Positions 60,633-64,000 of a stretch of 64,000 bases of DNA are shown in pieces. A program made the translations under genes and the position numbers. Source of the DNA: Deltaproteobacteria bacterium (GTDB taxonomy: Bacteria > Myxococcota_A > Polyangia > Polyangiales > Houyiibacteriaceae); the NCBI GenBank assembly GCA_034670305.1, contig JAXMNT010000023.1:1-64000 (forward strand), given 5' to 3'. The notes under the pieces were generated by a model. The model had not been told where the DNA came from. It searched no databases and saw only the letters and a program-made list of their open reading frames with translations. Position 1 is the first letter of the stretch; every line of letters starts with the position of its first letter.

Positions 60633-62648
60633 ATGACGTTGTTCCGTACTTCGATCGCTGCCCTTCCGTTTCTCCTCTCGGCGTGTGCTGAACCCGCGCC
60701 CGTTTGCCCCGAGCCGCCCGCGCCCACCGTGGGCGCCACGGAGGTGGTCGAGGTGGTGCCCGAAGCGCCGCCGGAGGAAGCGCCCGACAACCGGGTGGTG
60801 GTGCTCGACGGAACGCCGGAGGTGCCGGACAGTCTTCATCGGCGGCTGCAGCAGTACTCCAACACGCGCGCCGCTTCGCTCTCCTCGCTTGCCGCCGATG
60901 GGCGTTCGGCGCTCATCGCGACGCGTTTTGGCGAGACGCGGCAGCTCCACCTCGTGACCCAGCCGCTCGGCGCCCGCACCCAGGTGACCTTCAACGACGA
61001 ACCGGTGCGCGGGGCTTCGCTCGTGCCCGGTCACCCGACGGACGTGCTCTACATGAGCGACATCGGCGGGTCCGAAGACCATCAGATCTTCCGACTCGAC
61101 CGAAGCACCGGGCAGGCCACGATGTGGACCGACGGTCAGCACAAACATGGGCACATGATCGTGAGTCACGACGGGGCGCAGATCGCCTACTCCGGCAACG
61201 GTCGCAACGGCACCGACATGGACATCCACGTGCGCGCGTACGGACCGGACGCCGAAGCGGTCCGGTTCGATCGCGAGGGCTACTGGTATCCGCTCGACTT
61301 CTCCCGCGACGGCAAGAAGCTGCTCGTCGGGCACTACGTGTCGATCATGGATTCGCGGGTCTGGCTGCTCGACCTCGAGACCCGGGCGTTCACGCGGCTG
61401 ACGCCTGAGACGCCGAACGCGTACGAAGACGCGCGCTTCGGCGCGGACGGCCAGACCGTCTACGTCCTCACCGACCGCGATGGTGAGTTCCGCCAGTTGC
61501 ACTCGCTCGATTCGAGCGCGCCCACCGAACCGTGGCGGGCGCTGAGCGGGGACATTCCGTGGAACGTGTCGGAGATGTCGCTTTCCGCGGATGGACGCAC
61601 CCTCGCGTTCGTCACCAACGAAGATGGGTACGGGGTGCTGCGGCTGCTCGACACCCGAACCCGCCGCAACCGCATCGCGCGCAACATTCCGAAGGGTCTC
61701 GTCAGCGGTCTGCATTGGGCCGCGGATGCCCCGGTGCTCGGGTTCACGTTGGCCGGCGCCACCGAGACCGGCGACGTCTACACCTACGACGCGCGGCGCA
61801 GTCGGCTCACCCGCTGGACCGCGAGCGAAGTCGGCGGGCTCGACACCAGCCACCTCGTCGAACCGGAGCTCATCCGCTACCCGACCTTCGACGACCGTGA
61901 GATCCCAGCGTTCTACTACGCGCCGGAGCGCGCCAGCGCCGACGCACCCGTTCCGGTGCTGCTCTACATTCACGGCGGCCCCGAGTCGCAAGCGCGACCT
62001 TGGTTCAGCCCGCTCACCCAGTTCCTCGCGGTGGAACGCGGCGTCGCCGTGATCGCACCGAACGTGCGCGGCAGCGATGGGTACGGCCGCAGTTACCTCG
62101 GCCTCGACAACGGGGCGAAGCGGGAAGACTCCGTACGCGACATCGGCGCGTTGCTCGACTGGGTCGCGTCGCGCCCCGAACTCGATCAGAACCGCGTGGC
62201 GGTCTACGGCGGCTCGTACGGCGGCTACATGGTGCTCGCGTCGCTCGTGCACTACGGCGAACGGCTCCGCGCGGGCATCGACGTGGTCGGCATCAGCAAC
62301 TTCGTGACGTTCCTCGAGAACACCCGCGACTACCGCCGGGACCTGCGCCGGCAAGAGTATGGCGACGAACGCGATCCCGAGATGCGCGCGCACCTCGAAC
62401 AGATCTCCCCGCTGCACCACGTGTCGGAGATCCAAAGCGCGCTCTTCGTCGCGCAAGGTGCGAACGACCCCCGGGTGCCGGCGTCCGAAGCGGAGCAGAT
62501 CGTGGCCGCGGTGCGCGCGAGCGGGCGCGACGTCTGGTACATGCTCGCGCGCAACGAAGGCCATGGGTTTCGCCGCAAGGAGAACCGCGACGTCTTCTTC
62601 GAACTCAGCGTGCTCTTTCTCGACCGGCACCTGGCCGCCGCGCCGTGA
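60633..62648 (+). CDS. S9 family (prolyl oligopeptidase/dipeptidyl aminopeptidase) lipoprotein
   Basis: Lipobox LSAC; propeller repeats; HGGPE, GGSYGG, NDPRV, EGHGF. Confidence 0.95.
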   Translation: MTLFRTSIAALPFLLSACAEPAPVCPEPPAPTVGATEVVEVVPEAPPEEAPDNRVVVLDGTPEVPDSLHRRLQQYSNTRAASLSSLAADGRSALIATRFGETRQLHLVTQPLGARTQVTFNDEPVRGASLVPGHPTDVLYMSDIGGSEDHQIFRLDRSTGQATMWTDGQHKHGHMIVSHDGAQIAYSGNGRNGTDMDIHVRAYGPDAEAVRFDREGYWYPLDFSRDGKKLLVGHYVSIMDSRVWLLDLETRAFTRLTPETPNAYEDARFGADGQTVYVLTDRDGEFRQLHSLDSSAPTEPWRALSGDIPWNVSEMSLSADGRTLAFVTNEDGYGVLRLLDTRTRRNRIARNIPKGLVSGLHWAADAPVLGFTLAGATETGDVYTYDARRSRLTRWTASEVGGLDTSHLVEPELIRYPTFDDREIPAFYYAPERASADAPVPVLLYIHGGPESQARPWFSPLTQFLAVERGVAVIAPNVRGSDGYGRSYLGLDNGAKREDSVRDIGALLDWVASRPELDQNRVAVYGGSYGGYMVLASLVHYGERLRAGIDVVGISNFVTFLENTRDYRRDLRRQEYGDERDPEMRAHLEQISPLHHVSEIQSALFVAQGANDPRVPASEAEQIVAAVRASGRDVWYMLARNEGHGFRRKENRDVFFELSVLFLDRHLAAAP

Positions 62649-63883
62649 GGTCGATCGGTCGTCTCGTGCACGACGGGTTCGCGCGCAGAGGTTTCGTGCA
62701 CGACGGGGTCGCACGCAGCGCACGCGTGTCGCTCGGGTGGGCACTGCTCCTGTGCGCCGCATGTACGTGTGGGGGCGACCCGGAGGTCGACCCCACCGAA
62801 GACGACCGCGTCGAAGACCTGGAGGCGTGGACCGCGGCGGATCTGTTCCCCCTCGGCCTGGGCGATCGGTGGGGGTACCGACAGACCGGTGGGCCCGAAG
62901 AGACGTCCGTGCGCCGGAGCATCACCGGCATCGACGACGGGGTGGCGGTGCGGTTTGGATCCGACCACACCCAGGCGTCGCGGTTTCGCGCCGAGGTCGA
63001 TGGCAGCGTGCTCATGGTGTCGCCATCGGGAGAAGCGCTCGGCGTGTGGCTCGCCGCGCCGGTCGAGCTCGGCAGTCAGTGGACCTACGAACTCGGCGAC
63101 ACCTCGTGCCGGGTTCGCTACGCAGCGGTGGGAGAGACGTTCGAAGTGGCGGGGGTGCGGTTCGAGGGCTGCGTCGAAGTCGAGCGGGCGTGTCGTTTCC
63201 CCGAGGGCAAACCGATGCCGGTGGAGGCGATCGAAACCGTGCGTGAGTTGTATTGCGTCGGGGTCGGGCTCATGCGCGAGCGCAGCGAGTGGACACCGGC
63301 CGAGGAAGGGCACGCGGCTGCGCTGGAGGGTTTCGTGCCGACGGCCCTGACGCTCGACTACTACCGAGTCGCAGGTGCGCCGGCGCCGCCCTTGCCGGAG
63401 ACGCTCGCCTGCGAAGACATCCTGCTGCTCGAGAGCGACGTGCGGGCCGCCTGCGGCGCGTCGTTCCACGAGACGCAACGAGCCCGCGTCGATGGGGCTT
63501 GCCGATTCCGTTTCGAGGCCGGGCCCGATGCGGCGGTGTTGGCGGATCAGACCGCGGTCGACATCGAGGTCCGACAAGCGGACGTGCCGTACGGGGAAGC
63601 CGCGCTCGACGCACTCATCGGCGATGGCCGCCGGATCGAGACCCGGGGTCAAGTGCGCGTGGCGTCGGCCGAGGTCGCCACCGGTGCGTTCGTCGAACCT
63701 ACGCCGCCCGGTCCCGAAGCCGCGGCCGACCGGATCGAGTACCGCAATCAGGAGACGGCCCCGCTCGCATTCGCGTTCGCAGAAGGCAAGATCGCCGTCG
63801 TCGTTCGGGTCGAGAACCAAGGCTGCAGCTTCGACCACGTCCGCCGCCTCGAAGGCCTCTTCCGCTCGTTGTTCCGCCAATAG
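62645..63883 (+). CDS. Hypothetical lipoprotein
   Basis: LLCAACTC lipobox-like segment, LFPLGLGDRWGY; start uncertain (GTG 62645 or about 62726). Confidence 0.68.
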   Translation: MRSIGRLVHDGFARRGFVHDGVARSARVSLGWALLLCAACTCGGDPEVDPTEDDRVEDLEAWTAADLFPLGLGDRWGYRQTGGPEETSVRRSITGIDDGVAVRFGSDHTQASRFRAEVDGSVLMVSPSGEALGVWLAAPVELGSQWTYELGDTSCRVRYAAVGETFEVAGVRFEGCVEVERACRFPEGKPMPVEAIETVRELYCVGVGLMRERSEWTPAEEGHAAALEGFVPTALTLDYYRVAGAPAPPLPETLACEDILLLESDVRAACGASFHETQRARVDGACRFRFEAGPDAAVLADQTAVDIEVRQADVPYGEAALDALIGDGRRIETRGQVRVASAEVATGAFVEPTPPGPEAAADRIEYRNQETAPLAFAFAEGKIAVVVRVENQGCSFDHVRRLEGLFRSLFRQ

Positions 63884-64000
63884 CGCGACGCGTTCGCTGC
63901 CCGCTTGGCGAAGAACTCGTCGGAACGCGCCTGAATCGCAGCGGGCCTCCGCGAGCGCCGGACTGGTTCGGCGATCGCCGAAGCCGAACCCCGAGGGGGC

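Noticed and set aside
62664-62719. Imperfect 30-bp tandem duplication (TCGTGCACGACGGG...)
   Set aside because: Only two copies near an uncertain gene start; probably a local duplication.
63884-64000. Possible 3' end of a minus-strand gene at the window edge
   Set aside because: Too short to support, and the frame I read runs well into the plus-strand gene.

Overview
A very GC-rich bacterial window. MYXO-CTERM-type sorting tails, an AgmX/PglI-like domain, Hanks-type kinases and many Cys-rich lipoproteins suggest Myxococcota, probably Polyangia/Sandaracinaceae-like (inference). About 45 CDSs can be supported. Recognisable genes: sigma54 response regulator, type B L31 (rpmE2), hemB, arfB, a DsbD-like protein plus redoxin, two Ser/Thr kinases, an alpha-2-macroglobulin-pbpC-TPR operon, a haloalkane dehalogenase, cydAB and an S9 peptidase. 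I found no rRNA, tRNA, CRISPR array or intact transposase. The main non-coding signal is about nine intergenic blocks of drifting hexamer repeats (GCCGAA/GCGGAA/CCCTTG/GGGCAA). Two of these blocks sit inside copies of a hairpin-capped element with terminal inverted repeats. The short copy has CTAG on both sides. The long copy seems to keep the C-terminus of a four-helix-bundle gene. Other candidates: an exported phosphohistidine/ATP-grasp (PEP-synthase-like) lipoprotein coupled to two MYXO-CTERM paralogs; a divergent pseudo-phosphatase/poly-acidic/ADP-ribosylglycohydrolase fusion; a TMEM97-like EXPERA protein; a thioester-less pbpC-linked macroglobulin; a 15-repeat disintegrin-like lipoprotein; and a REP-like palindrome inside a TPR gene. 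All family calls come from reading motifs by eye; no searches were run.
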